Shown in pieces: positions 45,150-53,581 of a DNA stretch of 64,000 nt. The notes under the pieces are model-generated. The model made no database searches. It was not told the origin of the DNA and saw only the letters and a program-made list of their open reading frames with translations. Within the stretch, counting starts at the first letter, position 1; every line of letters starts with the position of its first letter. The DNA lies in IMG/VR virus record IMGVR_UViG_3300032116_000006. One strand, 5' to 3'. This DNA comes from a virus. Taxonomy: Duplodnaviria > Heunggongvirae > Uroviricota > Caudoviricetes. The position numbers and the translations under genes are program-made.

Positions 45150-45869
45150 ATGCTCCCAAAGATAAAAATGATGTACCAGAACAATCTTGCAGCGGCAATT
45201 AAGGTAAATGGAAACATTCTCCGAGAGTTTGGGGATACTGTTTATATTCCATTTGGCTCCGAATATCAAATTCGCCTAAGAAATTTAATTAGCTCTAGAG
45301 TTAAACTAAATGTTGAAATTGATGGACAAAACGTAACTGATGGTGGTCTAGTTTTAAATGCACTTCAATCAATTGATCTAGAGCGGTTTATTAGAAATGG
45401 AAATTTAACCACAGGCAATCGCTTTAAGTTTATTGAGAGAACTTCAAAAATTGAGAATCATCGTGGAATTAAACTAGAAGATGGTTTGATTATCATTCGC
45501 TATGAGTTTGAAATTCCACAAGTTACCTTCAAATCCTTATCCCAACCAGTCTGGGATGCTTATGGTACTGCTAGGGTTGGGGGGACATATATAAATTCAG
45601 TATCGCAAAGATCAGTTTTCTATAATGAAACAGGAATTACTGTAGAAGGCTCTAAGAGTAATCAACAATTTAGTACAACAAATTGGCGTGGATCTTCGGG
45701 GGGAGAATATACCATAATTTTTAAACTCTTAGGTGAAACTGAAGAGAACAAAAAAGTAAGAGAACCAGTAACTGTAAAAACAAAACTTGAATGCAAAACT
45801 TGTGGAACCAAAAATCATGCGACATCTAAGTTTTGTTCAGAGTGTGGAACAGCTTTAGAAATCCTATAA
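45150..45869 (+). CDS. Beta-rich protein with C-terminal zinc ribbon (paralog B)
   Basis: VNGNILREFGDTVYIPFGSEY; CKTCG...CSECG. Confidence 0.8.
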   Translation: MLPKIKMMYQNNLAAAIKVNGNILREFGDTVYIPFGSEYQIRLRNLISSRVKLNVEIDGQNVTDGGLVLNALQSIDLERFIRNGNLTTGNRFKFIERTSKIENHRGIKLEDGLIIIRYEFEIPQVTFKSLSQPVWDAYGTARVGGTYINSVSQRSVFYNETGITVEGSKSNQQFSTTNWRGSSGGEYTIIFKLLGETEENKKVREPVTVKTKLECKTCGTKNHATSKFCSECGTALEIL

Positions 45870-45905
45870 GATAAAAACTTTCCATAAATAGTCTTAAAAA
45901 CTATA

Positions 45906-46349
45906 ATGGAAAAGTTATTTAAGCTTCTTAGTGATACACAAGCAACACTCTTTGTTTTGTTTCAAAAAACTTGGAATTATCATCACAATGTTCATGGAAC
46001 TGACTTCCCTCAGTTGCATGAACTTTTTGGTGAGCAATATACTGAAATGTTTGAGGAGATTGATCGCCTTAGTGAGCACATGAGATATCTCAACATTCGT
46101 CCAGTGTCCAGAATGGAGCGGATCGTAGAGGTTGCAGCCATTGAGGGGCCAGCAAACGCCAATCAGGAGCTTGATGCCCGTGGGATGGTAGAGCAGCTTC
46201 AGAGCGACAATGAGATGCTAATAGAGATGTTGAAGGATGTATCTGAAGAAGCCGAAAGTCAAAGGAGCTATGCAACGGCTAATCTTTCTCAAGATTTAAT
46301 GGAAGCTCATGGTAAAAGTGTGTATAAATTGAGGTCATTTTTACAATGA
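45906..46349 (+). CDS. dps: Dps ferritin-like protein
   Basis: YHHNVHG..F..LHELF.EQY....EEIDRLSEH ferroxidase pattern. Confidence 0.88.
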   Translation: MEKLFKLLSDTQATLFVLFQKTWNYHHNVHGTDFPQLHELFGEQYTEMFEEIDRLSEHMRYLNIRPVSRMERIVEVAAIEGPANANQELDARGMVEQLQSDNEMLIEMLKDVSEEAESQRSYATANLSQDLMEAHGKSVYKLRSFLQ

Positions 46350-46415
46350 AATTCAGATATCTAAACAGTGCAGTGTAAGTGACTAAATAGATTCACTGTT
46401 AATCGGTGAATAATT

Positions 46416-46670
46416 ATGTTAAAGATTAGATGTAAACTTTGCAATAGTGAAGTGGTTGCAAAGCCTGGGCAGTCTTCTAGCTGCAAGTGTTCAAATATGG
46501 CAACAATTCGTGGTGAATCTATTTCGGCCTTAGATTTATCTCAAGTTGTAATAGTTTCAGGTGTTCCTTCATTTAAGCAAACTAAGACTATTTTAACTTC
46601 TACAGATTTAATGTGGCAAGAGGAGCGTAGAAAAAGAGGAGTGAAAAAACTTAGCTTTGAGGAGCGGTGA
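46416..46670 (+). CDS. Small Zn-binding protein
   Basis: CKLC...CKCSN; CTAAATA upstream. Confidence 0.65.
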   Translation: MLKIRCKLCNSEVVAKPGQSSSCKCSNMATIRGESISALDLSQVVIVSGVPSFKQTKTILTSTDLMWQEERRKRGVKKLSFEER

Positions 46671-46748
46671 CAGTTTTTGATCTGTCCCTAGAGATCTAAG
46701 CACACTTCTAGCTGCTGCTATGCTTAATAGACAAACCACAAACCCCCA

Positions 46749-47045
46749 ATGAACCTAAGCATTAAATTTGATCCTCTCACTAAAACCTTCCATTATCCTG
46801 ATGGTGTTACTGAGACTTTGGATCAATACAATACCCGAAATGAAAGATTTGATTATATTCAAGCTCTTCAAAATGCTCTGGATCTACTGAAAGTTCTTTA
46901 TCAGAATCCTGGATGTCTTAATCAGAAAGAATATCTTAAAGCAAAAGAAAAAATTCAAGAAGAGTTTGAATATTGGCAAGCTAACATCTTTCATGAGTAT
47001 GAAGATGCTCGGGAAGATGATCCATGTAATGTCCACTTTACTTGA
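46749..47045 (+). CDS. Hypothetical protein
   Basis: Follows the box at 46669-46688. Confidence 0.65.
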   Translation: MNLSIKFDPLTKTFHYPDGVTETLDQYNTRNERFDYIQALQNALDLLKVLYQNPGCLNQKEYLKAKEKIQEEFEYWQANIFHEYEDAREDDPCNVHFT

Positions 47046-47054
47046 TTTTCAACC

Positions 47055-47204
47055 ATGAATGATCGCACTCGCCAAAACTGGCAAAAAATCAAAACTGCCC
47101 TAGAAGAATCAAACAAAACTGATTGTTATCTTTATACAAGAGCATGTGAGATTGTAAAATCTGGAAGAGATCCAATGGAGGGGGGATTGTTTCGCCCTCT
47201 ATGA
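47055..47204 (+). CDS. Small hypothetical protein (49 aa)
   Basis: MNDRTRQNWQKIKTALEESNKTDCYLYTRACEIVKSGRDPM. Confidence 0.6.
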   Translation: MNDRTRQNWQKIKTALEESNKTDCYLYTRACEIVKSGRDPMEGGLFRPL

Positions 47205-47398
47205 TTTTAAAACAAACTTGGATTACTCCAAAATACTATGACCATCCAGAACTTGATCATTCTTCAACTAATCAAAAGCTTCTTTGTATTGAGTTTATTG
47301 ATGAATCTTCAATAAAGGCGATTTCAGAAAAAGCTGCACGAATGAGAGCCCTTGAATTTTTTAATGAACCTTATGAACCACCAGAAGATCAACACTAA
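47201..47398 (+). CDS. Hypothetical protein
   Basis: ATGA overlap. Confidence 0.5.
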   Translation: MILKQTWITPKYYDHPELDHSSTNQKLLCIEFIDESSIKAISEKAARMRALEFFNEPYEPPEDQH

Positions 47399-47496
47399 AG
47401 AAAAAGAGAAACAAAAGGAAGATTCAAACCAAGAATCTAAAAGTAATGAAGATCTTAGCTACCTCAATCAACATGATGATGGTTGTTGATTTTTAT

Positions 47497-47569
47497 GCTC
47501 CATTAGCTCTCTGATGAAAGCGTCGCCCTCATAAGGCGAGAAAGGTGGGTTTGATCCCCACATGGAGCA
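47497..47569 (+). tRNA. tRNA(CAU): elongator Met or Ile2
   Basis: GCTCCAT/ATGGAGC, TCGCC-CTCATAA-GGCGA, GTGGG-TTTGATC-CCCAC. Confidence 0.85.
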
Positions 47570-47581
47570 TTACAATGTCTC

Positions 47582-47626
47582 AACTGTCCATCATTGTTTG
47601 ACAAACAGAGCATTGTGGGTTAAACT
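47582..47626 (+). promoter_or_regulatory. Early-type promoter
   Basis: AACTGTCCAT box, TTGACA-N17-TAAACT. Confidence 0.75.
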
Positions 47627-47685
47627 TAAAATGAGAGAAATCTCAGCAACCCACTCTTTACTTAAGAACCAAAACACCTAGCCAC

Positions 47686-47910
47686 ATGTCAGAGCAAACA
47701 TTTGCAGAAAAGTTTAAAAAAGAGAATTACACTCTACAGAGAGCACTTGACCGGGAGGTAATTCTACCTATTGATAAGCCCAAACTCTGGAAAAAAATCT
47801 TGAAGCATTTTGAAGATGAGGGTATTGAATTTTATGGTGAGATTGAAGCCGATTATATTATGATTCTTAATCGCATTTCTGAAGAACTTAATATCCAAGT
47901 GATGATCTAA
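47686..47910 (+). CDS. Hypothetical protein
   Basis: 74-aa ORF. Confidence 0.65.
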   Translation: MSEQTFAEKFKKENYTLQRALDREVILPIDKPKLWKKILKHFEDEGIEFYGEIEADYIMILNRISEELNIQVMI

Positions 47911-48143
47911 TGTCTGAACAAGTTAAAGTTCTACTTGAAACTGAAGATTTTCGTTTTGTAATTCGGGGAAAAATTTCCCACAACGATATGCCAGACTATA
48001 GAATACAAACAAAGCATCCTAGATTTGATGTTTGGAGAGATTCAGTGCTACTTGATAATGGCATTCAATGTTCATATGCAATGGAAGATCTTGAATATGC
48101 TAAAATGCTAGTTGGTCTTCCAGCATATATCAAAAATGAATAA
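47910..48143 (+). CDS. Hypothetical protein
   Basis: Coupled ORF. Confidence 0.65.
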   Translation: MSEQVKVLLETEDFRFVIRGKISHNDMPDYRIQTKHPRFDVWRDSVLLDNGIQCSYAMEDLEYAKMLVGLPAYIKNE

Positions 48144-48363
48144 AGAGACTTTACTCAGATTCTTTGGAAATAGCCTGCTAATTATCGGATATTGTGCCAT
48201 TCTTTACAGTGATTTTAAAATTGGACTATCTATTAAATTTTTAGGAGGTCTTCTGATTATGCCATCTCTAATTCAACTGAAGATGTGGGATGGTATAATA
48301 ATTACTTCATTTTTCTCCTTCATTGAAGGCACACGAATTATTCAATTATATTTCTTCCAATAA
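48136..48363 (+). CDS. Small membrane protein
   Basis: Three hydrophobic segments. Confidence 0.65.
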   Translation: MNKETLLRFFGNSLLIIGYCAILYSDFKIGLSIKFLGGLLIMPSLIQLKMWDGIIITSFFSFIEGTRIIQLYFFQ

Positions 48364-48365
48364 TT

Positions 48366-48725
48366 ATGAAAATCTCTAGAGCACATAAAAATTTTGCAGC
48401 TCGGTTAAGGCATCAAACTTCTCTAGAATATCCTGAACGATTTCTAGGACCTAATTGGAAGGATGTACTGAACTTTTGGCTCTATTTGGATACTTTGAGT
48501 CGTGAAGAACTTAAGATAGTTCATAATCGTTATTGTGCTTTAGGGTGGGCGGAATCCCTAAAGAATCTTACACTGAATGCTGCCAAAGTTACTATCGGCT
48601 ATGAATATGAAGATGCAGCTTGGTTGGCACCTACTTCATTTGCATCTGCTTATGCAACCCTTGAACTCATTGGTTCTCATAATCTAGAGGCCTTTACATT
48701 TCTTCCCTTGTTTTTGAATCTATGA
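48366..48725 (+). CDS. MKIS paralog family member 8
   Basis: Conserved N- and C-blocks. Confidence 0.85.
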   Translation: MKISRAHKNFAARLRHQTSLEYPERFLGPNWKDVLNFWLYLDTLSREELKIVHNRYCALGWAESLKNLTLNAAKVTIGYEYEDAAWLAPTSFASAYATLELIGSHNLEAFTFLPLFLNL

Positions 48726-49081
48726 AAATCTCTAAAACTCATCAAAGACTTGCCGATCGCTTAAATGACCAAACCGCTCTAGAATACCCTGAACATTTTC
48801 TAGGACCCAATTGGAAGAATGTATTGAACTTTTGGTTTTATTTGGATACTTTGAGTTATGAAGATCTTGAGATAGTTTTTAATCGTTATTTGGCTTTAGG
48901 GTGGGTGGACCACCTAAAGGATCTTACAAGGAATGTTGCTAAAGATACTATCGGCAATGATTATGAATATGCAACTTTCCGTGCAACTCCCACCTATGAA
49001 TCAGCTTATACAACAAGTGAACTCATTGGCTCTCATAATCTAGAGTCCCTTAAGTTTCTTCCCTTGTTTTTGAATCTATGA
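48722..49081 (+). CDS. MKIS paralog family member 9
   Basis: Conserved blocks, ATGA overlap. Confidence 0.85.
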   Translation: MKISKTHQRLADRLNDQTALEYPEHFLGPNWKNVLNFWFYLDTLSYEDLEIVFNRYLALGWVDHLKDLTRNVAKDTIGNDYEYATFRATPTYESAYTTSELIGSHNLESLKFLPLFLNL

Positions 49082-49431
49082 AAATCTCTAAAACTCATAA
49101 AAGATTTGCAGCTCATTTAGATAACCAAACCGCTCTAAAATACCCTGAACGTTTTCTAGGACCTAATTGGAAGGATGTATTGAACTTCTGGTTGTACTTG
49201 GATACTTGGAGTGCTGAGGATACTGAGATAGTTTTTAATCGTTATTGGGATTTGGGGGTGTGTGGACCCCTAAAAGGTCTTACCTGGAGAACTGCTAAAG
49301 ATACTATCGGTATTGAATATGCATCTGTTGCTTGGGATGTACCTTTTACAATTGGAAGTTCTTATGCAACCCTTGAACTCATTGGTTCTCATAATCTAGA
49401 GTCTTTGACTTTTCTTCCTTTGTTTTTATAA
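49078..49431 (+). CDS. MKIS paralog family member 10
   Basis: Conserved blocks, ATGA overlap. Confidence 0.85.
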   Translation: MKISKTHKRFAAHLDNQTALKYPERFLGPNWKDVLNFWLYLDTWSAEDTEIVFNRYWDLGVCGPLKGLTWRTAKDTIGIEYASVAWDVPFTIGSSYATLELIGSHNLESLTFLPLFL

Positions 49432-49433
49432 TT

Positions 49434-49865
49434 ATGACACTTTACAAAGCAGATGTTTGGCTAGGAAGCAATTCTGGATTTCAAACCGTTGAAATAAATT
49501 CAAGTAGCATTGTTGGAGTCACGGAACAAATAAAAACAAGATATCATGTAAAATCTGAAAATATACGAAACATTAGGACAGTTAATGATGAAAATGCCAC
49601 CGATTCTGGTTCCCTTATTGGGATTGGAGGTTTATTTCTATTTGTTCTTTTTGCATTGTATCCAACTATAGTTCTCACTATCTTATTTGGAGGAACTGGA
49701 GCATGGCTAATGACAAAACTTTCAGGAAAACCATTTAGCAGTATTTGCGAAAAGAAAAATAGAAAACTCTATAATAGTATTCTAATTGTTAGTCTTCTCT
49801 GTGGAGGATTTGGATTTTATGTTGGAAATAATATTCAGATTCAGCAAAACTCACAAGAAAAATGA
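49434..49865 (+). CDS. Membrane protein interrupting the MKIS array
   Basis: Soluble N-terminus then three TM-like segments. Confidence 0.7.
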   Translation: MTLYKADVWLGSNSGFQTVEINSSSIVGVTEQIKTRYHVKSENIRNIRTVNDENATDSGSLIGIGGLFLFVLFALYPTIVLTILFGGTGAWLMTKLSGKPFSSICEKKNRKLYNSILIVSLLCGGFGFYVGNNIQIQQNSQEK

Positions 49866-50272
49866 AAATCTCAACAGCACATCAAATATTTGCTGATCGT
49901 TTAAAAGACCAAACAGCTCTAGAATGCCCTGAACGATTTCTAGGACCTAATTGGAAAGATGTACTGAACTTTTGGATTTATTTGGATACTTTGAGTCGTG
50001 AAGATTTTAGGTTACTTAATAAGCGTTATTATGCTTTAGATGTAGATGCTAGAGTTTTTGCTAGGGACAATGCCTTTAAAGCTGCTGAAGCTACTATAGT
50101 TCACGAATATGGAAATGTAGCTTGGTTGGTAACACCTACATATGCATCTAGTCATGCAACCCTTGAACTCATCGCTTCACATAATCTAGAATCTAGTCAT
50201 GCAACCCTTGAACTCATCGCTTCACATAATCTAGAATCTCTTAAGTTTCTTCCTTTGTTTCTAAATCTATGA
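49862..50272 (+). CDS. MKIS paralog family member 11
   Basis: Conserved blocks; duplicated C-block. Confidence 0.85.
   Translation: MKISTAHQIFADRLKDQTALECPERFLGPNWKDVLNFWIYLDTLSREDFRLLNKRYYALDVDARVFARDNAFKAAEATIVHEYGNVAWLVTPTYASSHATLELIASHNLESSHATLELIASHNLESLKFLPLFLNL
50147..50236 (+). repeat. Exact 45-bp in-frame tandem duplication (SSHATLELIASHNLE x2)
   Basis: Read directly. Confidence 0.95.
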
Positions 50273-50685
50273 AAATCTCTAAAACTCATCAAAGACTTGC
50301 AGATGATCTAAACAGGTTGCACGACCTTCAAGGTGCTCTAGACCATCCAAAATATTATCTGGGATCCAACTGGAAAGATGTCATTAACTTTTGGTTATTT
50401 CTAGATACTTTGACTATAGCACAATTATGTATTATTAATCATAGATATTTGGCCTTGGATCGCGATGATAAGAATGTTTTAATATCCGTTTGGGATACTT
50501 ATACTGGATGTGAGAAATTTTACTATCAGGTTGCTTATGAAGCAGTTTGTGCAGTTTCAAAACCAGCTTCATTATTTTGGATTCCTAGCGCAAAAGCTAA
50601 AGCAACAATAGAAATTATGGTTAGGGATGATCTCCTAAATTCTAAAAAATCTTTAGTTTTTCTTCCTTTATTTATAAATATATGA
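50269..50685 (+). CDS. MKIS paralog family member 12 (divergent)
   Basis: YLGSNWKDVINFWLFLDTL ... FLPLFINI. Confidence 0.8.
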   Translation: MKISKTHQRLADDLNRLHDLQGALDHPKYYLGSNWKDVINFWLFLDTLTIAQLCIINHRYLALDRDDKNVLISVWDTYTGCEKFYYQVAYEAVCAVSKPASLFWIPSAKAKATIEIMVRDDLLNSKKSLVFLPLFINI

Positions 50686-51470
50686 TATCATTTAATAGTC
50701 TCTCAAATCTAGGAAGACTTGGAAACCAAATGTTTCAATATGCTTCCCTCAAAGGAATAGCAAAACATAGGGGTTTTGATTTCTGCATCCCAATGAAAGA
50801 TGTTGCAGGTAAAATTGACATTAATGTGAGAAATTCAGATGCAAATATTTACAATACATTTAAACTAAAAAATGTAAATTATAATATCACACAAAATCCA
50901 CAAATTAGAGAAAAAACATTCAATTTTGATCAAGACTTGTTTGAGAACTGTCCAGATAATGTAGATCTATTTGGGTATTTTCAAAATGAAAAATATTTTG
51001 AACACATTGAAGAAGAAATAAAAGAAGATTTTGCGTTTTCAAATAAAATACAAGAATTATGTAGAAATTTTTTAGGTGCCCGCGAATATATTTCATTACA
51101 TATTAGGAGAGGAGATTATATCAATAATTCAAATCATCCAGTTCAACCACTTAATTATTATGAAGTAGCTCTTAAAGAACTGGATGTTAATATTCCAGTA
51201 ATAGTCTTTTCGGATGATTATGAATGGTGTAAAACCCAAACAATATTTGAATCATCTCGCTTTTTAATTTCTGAAGGCAATTCAACAGAAATTGATCTTT
51301 GCTTACAAACTTTGTGTTCTTATCATATTATTAGTAATTCATCATTTTCTTGGTGGGGTAGTTATCTAGCTAAAAGCAAAAAAACAATAGCGCCAAAGAT
51401 TTGGTTTTCAGGATCTTTAATAAACAATGAATGTTCTGGTATATATAGAAAGTCTTGGATCGTAATTTAG
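50682..51470 (+). CDS. GT11 alpha-1,2-fucosyltransferase-like
   Basis: GRLGNQMFQYA, GYFQ, HIRRGDY, SNSSFSWW. Confidence 0.9.
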   Translation: MISFNSLSNLGRLGNQMFQYASLKGIAKHRGFDFCIPMKDVAGKIDINVRNSDANIYNTFKLKNVNYNITQNPQIREKTFNFDQDLFENCPDNVDLFGYFQNEKYFEHIEEEIKEDFAFSNKIQELCRNFLGAREYISLHIRRGDYINNSNHPVQPLNYYEVALKELDVNIPVIVFSDDYEWCKTQTIFESSRFLISEGNSTEIDLCLQTLCSYHIISNSSFSWWGSYLAKSKKTIAPKIWFSGSLINNECSGIYRKSWIVI

Positions 51471-51472
51471 AC

Positions 51473-52255
51473 ATGAATAATCTTTGGGATGTTAATCAAT
51501 CAATGATTGACAATTACTTGCAAGCATGTAGAGAATTTACAAATAATGATGAACTCTTTTGTAATTTTAAAAGAGATTCTAGATATACTCCTGTTCTTGA
51601 GCATTTAACTGAAGAAGATGCTCGGCTATATTTTTCAGAGATGAAATCTAAAGAAGCTTTAACCAATATAGTTTTAGATTCTGTTAAAGAAAATGATCTT
51701 TATGGAACACCAGTAATAATCAATCATTCAGAATTAGGAGCAATATCTCCAACAACAGTTAGGTATCTTAAAAACTCCTTGGATATTGTTGCTGGCTTTA
51801 AAGATAATCTTCCCTTTAAAAAGGTTCTAGAAATTGGTGGTGGATATGGAGGTCTGTGTAAAGTTTTTAGTTCCTTTAATAAATTTAATTCATATTATCT
51901 TGTAGATTTTCCTGAAGTTAATGGTCTTTCTAAGAAATATTTGAGTAATTTTAAAGATATCAGGAACAAAACCTATCAAATTTCAACTAATACTCTCAGA
52001 GAAATTAAAGACATTGATTTAGTCATTAGCAATTATGCTTTCTCAGAATGCTCAAGAGAAGTTCAAGAAACTTACTATAATCTGTATATTAAGAACGCAA
52101 AGAATTTTTATTTAGTGTATAACAACTTTACCGAAAATAATATGAACTCTGAAGCATTTATTGAAAAAGCCTCTAAAGATTTTGAGATTTCATTTGAGAC
52201 AGAGCTTCGCCCACCCCACACTGTTCACATCATCTACGGGAAAAATGCTAATTGA
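51473..52255 (+). CDS. Putative sugar O-methyltransferase
   Basis: LEIGGGYGG SAM motif, YYLVDFPEV, ISNYAFSE. Confidence 0.75.
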   Translation: MNNLWDVNQSMIDNYLQACREFTNNDELFCNFKRDSRYTPVLEHLTEEDARLYFSEMKSKEALTNIVLDSVKENDLYGTPVIINHSELGAISPTTVRYLKNSLDIVAGFKDNLPFKKVLEIGGGYGGLCKVFSSFNKFNSYYLVDFPEVNGLSKKYLSNFKDIRNKTYQISTNTLREIKDIDLVISNYAFSECSREVQETYYNLYIKNAKNFYLVYNNFTENNMNSEAFIEKASKDFEISFETELRPPHTVHIIYGKNAN

Positions 52256-52916
52256 TTTGAAAAAAATTCCAGCATATTATATTAATCTTTCTCATCATAC
52301 CGAGAAAAGAGATAAAATGGAGACGTTATTAAGAAAACTCGGGTTTAATATGATTATTAGATTAGAAGGATATAACTATCCAGATAATCCCTCAGCAGGC
52401 TGTTCTAGAGCGCACTATGATGCTCTATTTAATTATCATAGCGAGAGGGGATGTCCTTTTATTCTTTTTGAAGATGATGTAATTTTGAATGAAGAACAAT
52501 GGCTAGATGGAATCATTGATATTCCTAATGATGCAAGTGCATTATATTTGGGCACCTCAACTTGGGGTAGAATGAATGGCCATAATGGAGAATATATTCA
52601 ATATGATGTGCTCCAAGATCATCCAGGAGTTTTAAAAATTTATAATATGCTCGCAACTCATGCAATTTTATATTTAAATAAAGAGTATGTTAATATGATA
52701 AGACGAGCAGCATTTCACACTGGTTATGTAATTGAAGATTATAATGACGTTGCATTTGCAGAATTGCAGAGATATTTCAAGGTTTATGCTCTTGATAATC
52801 CACTATTTTTCCAGACAAGTAATTTAAATGCTACAAATAAGAAAATTACTTCAATAAATCATACAGAATGTATGGAAATCAACCCACTTCAATTTTATCC
52901 CTATTCTTTAAAGTAA
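52245..52916 (+). CDS. GT25-like glycosyltransferase
   Basis: YYINL, GCSRAH, ILFEDD. Confidence 0.7.
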   Translation: MLIDLKKIPAYYINLSHHTEKRDKMETLLRKLGFNMIIRLEGYNYPDNPSAGCSRAHYDALFNYHSERGCPFILFEDDVILNEEQWLDGIIDIPNDASALYLGTSTWGRMNGHNGEYIQYDVLQDHPGVLKIYNMLATHAILYLNKEYVNMIRRAAFHTGYVIEDYNDVAFAELQRYFKVYALDNPLFFQTSNLNATNKKITSINHTECMEINPLQFYPYSLK

Positions 52917-53581
52917 TGTATAATATTTCTGCAGATTGTCAAGTTAAAACTCTCAATGACATTTACACCAAATATTTTGGATATCCCTCAACAGGTTTCT
53001 TTGTTGAAGTTGGAGCGTATGATGGTGAATTTGTGTCTAATACCTCATTTCTTGCAGATATGGGTTGGAATGGTCTCTATATTGAACCAATCTATGATTA
53101 CTATAAAAAATGCTTAAAACGTCACGAAAAAAATAATGTAACAGTTGCAAATGTTGCAATTGGCCTTGAAGAAGGCGAAGTTAAAATTTATCGCGGAGAA
53201 ACACTTTCAACGCTTAATGCTGAGCAAGTAAATCGTTATAAAGAGATTGATTGGTCTTCTCATATTAATTTTGAAGAAACTACCTGCGATCAGATGCGTT
53301 TGGATACATTGATGAAAAAACTAAATGTGCCAAAAAACTTTGATATTCTTGTTGTTGATGTTGAGGGTAAAGAATCTGAAATATTCCAAACATTTGATTT
53401 GAATGAGTGGTGCCCTAAAATGTTGATTGTTGAGCTTGAAGATGAGCATCCCTCATTTCAAAATTATCCAGATTTGATTGAAGAGATTAAGTGTCTGAGG
53501 AAATTCATCAAATCAAAAGATTATACAGAAATCTATAGAGATTCAGTAAATACTGTATTTGTTTTAGGAGAATTATCATGA
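52916..53581 (+). CDS. FkbM-family methyltransferase
   Basis: FVEVGAYDG, LYIEP, LVVDVEG. Confidence 0.85.
   Translation: MYNISADCQVKTLNDIYTKYFGYPSTGFFVEVGAYDGEFVSNTSFLADMGWNGLYIEPIYDYYKKCLKRHEKNNVTVANVAIGLEEGEVKIYRGETLSTLNAEQVNRYKEIDWSSHINFEETTCDQMRLDTLMKKLNVPKNFDILVVDVEGKESEIFQTFDLNEWCPKMLIVELEDEHPSFQNYPDLIEEIKCLRKFIKSKDYTEIYRDSVNTVFVLGELS

Noticed and set aside
2564-50685. Diversity-generating retroelement behind the MKIS family
   Set aside because: No reverse transcriptase or Avd in the window; differences are not confined to adenines and include indels and segment swaps. A DGR outside the window cannot be excluded.
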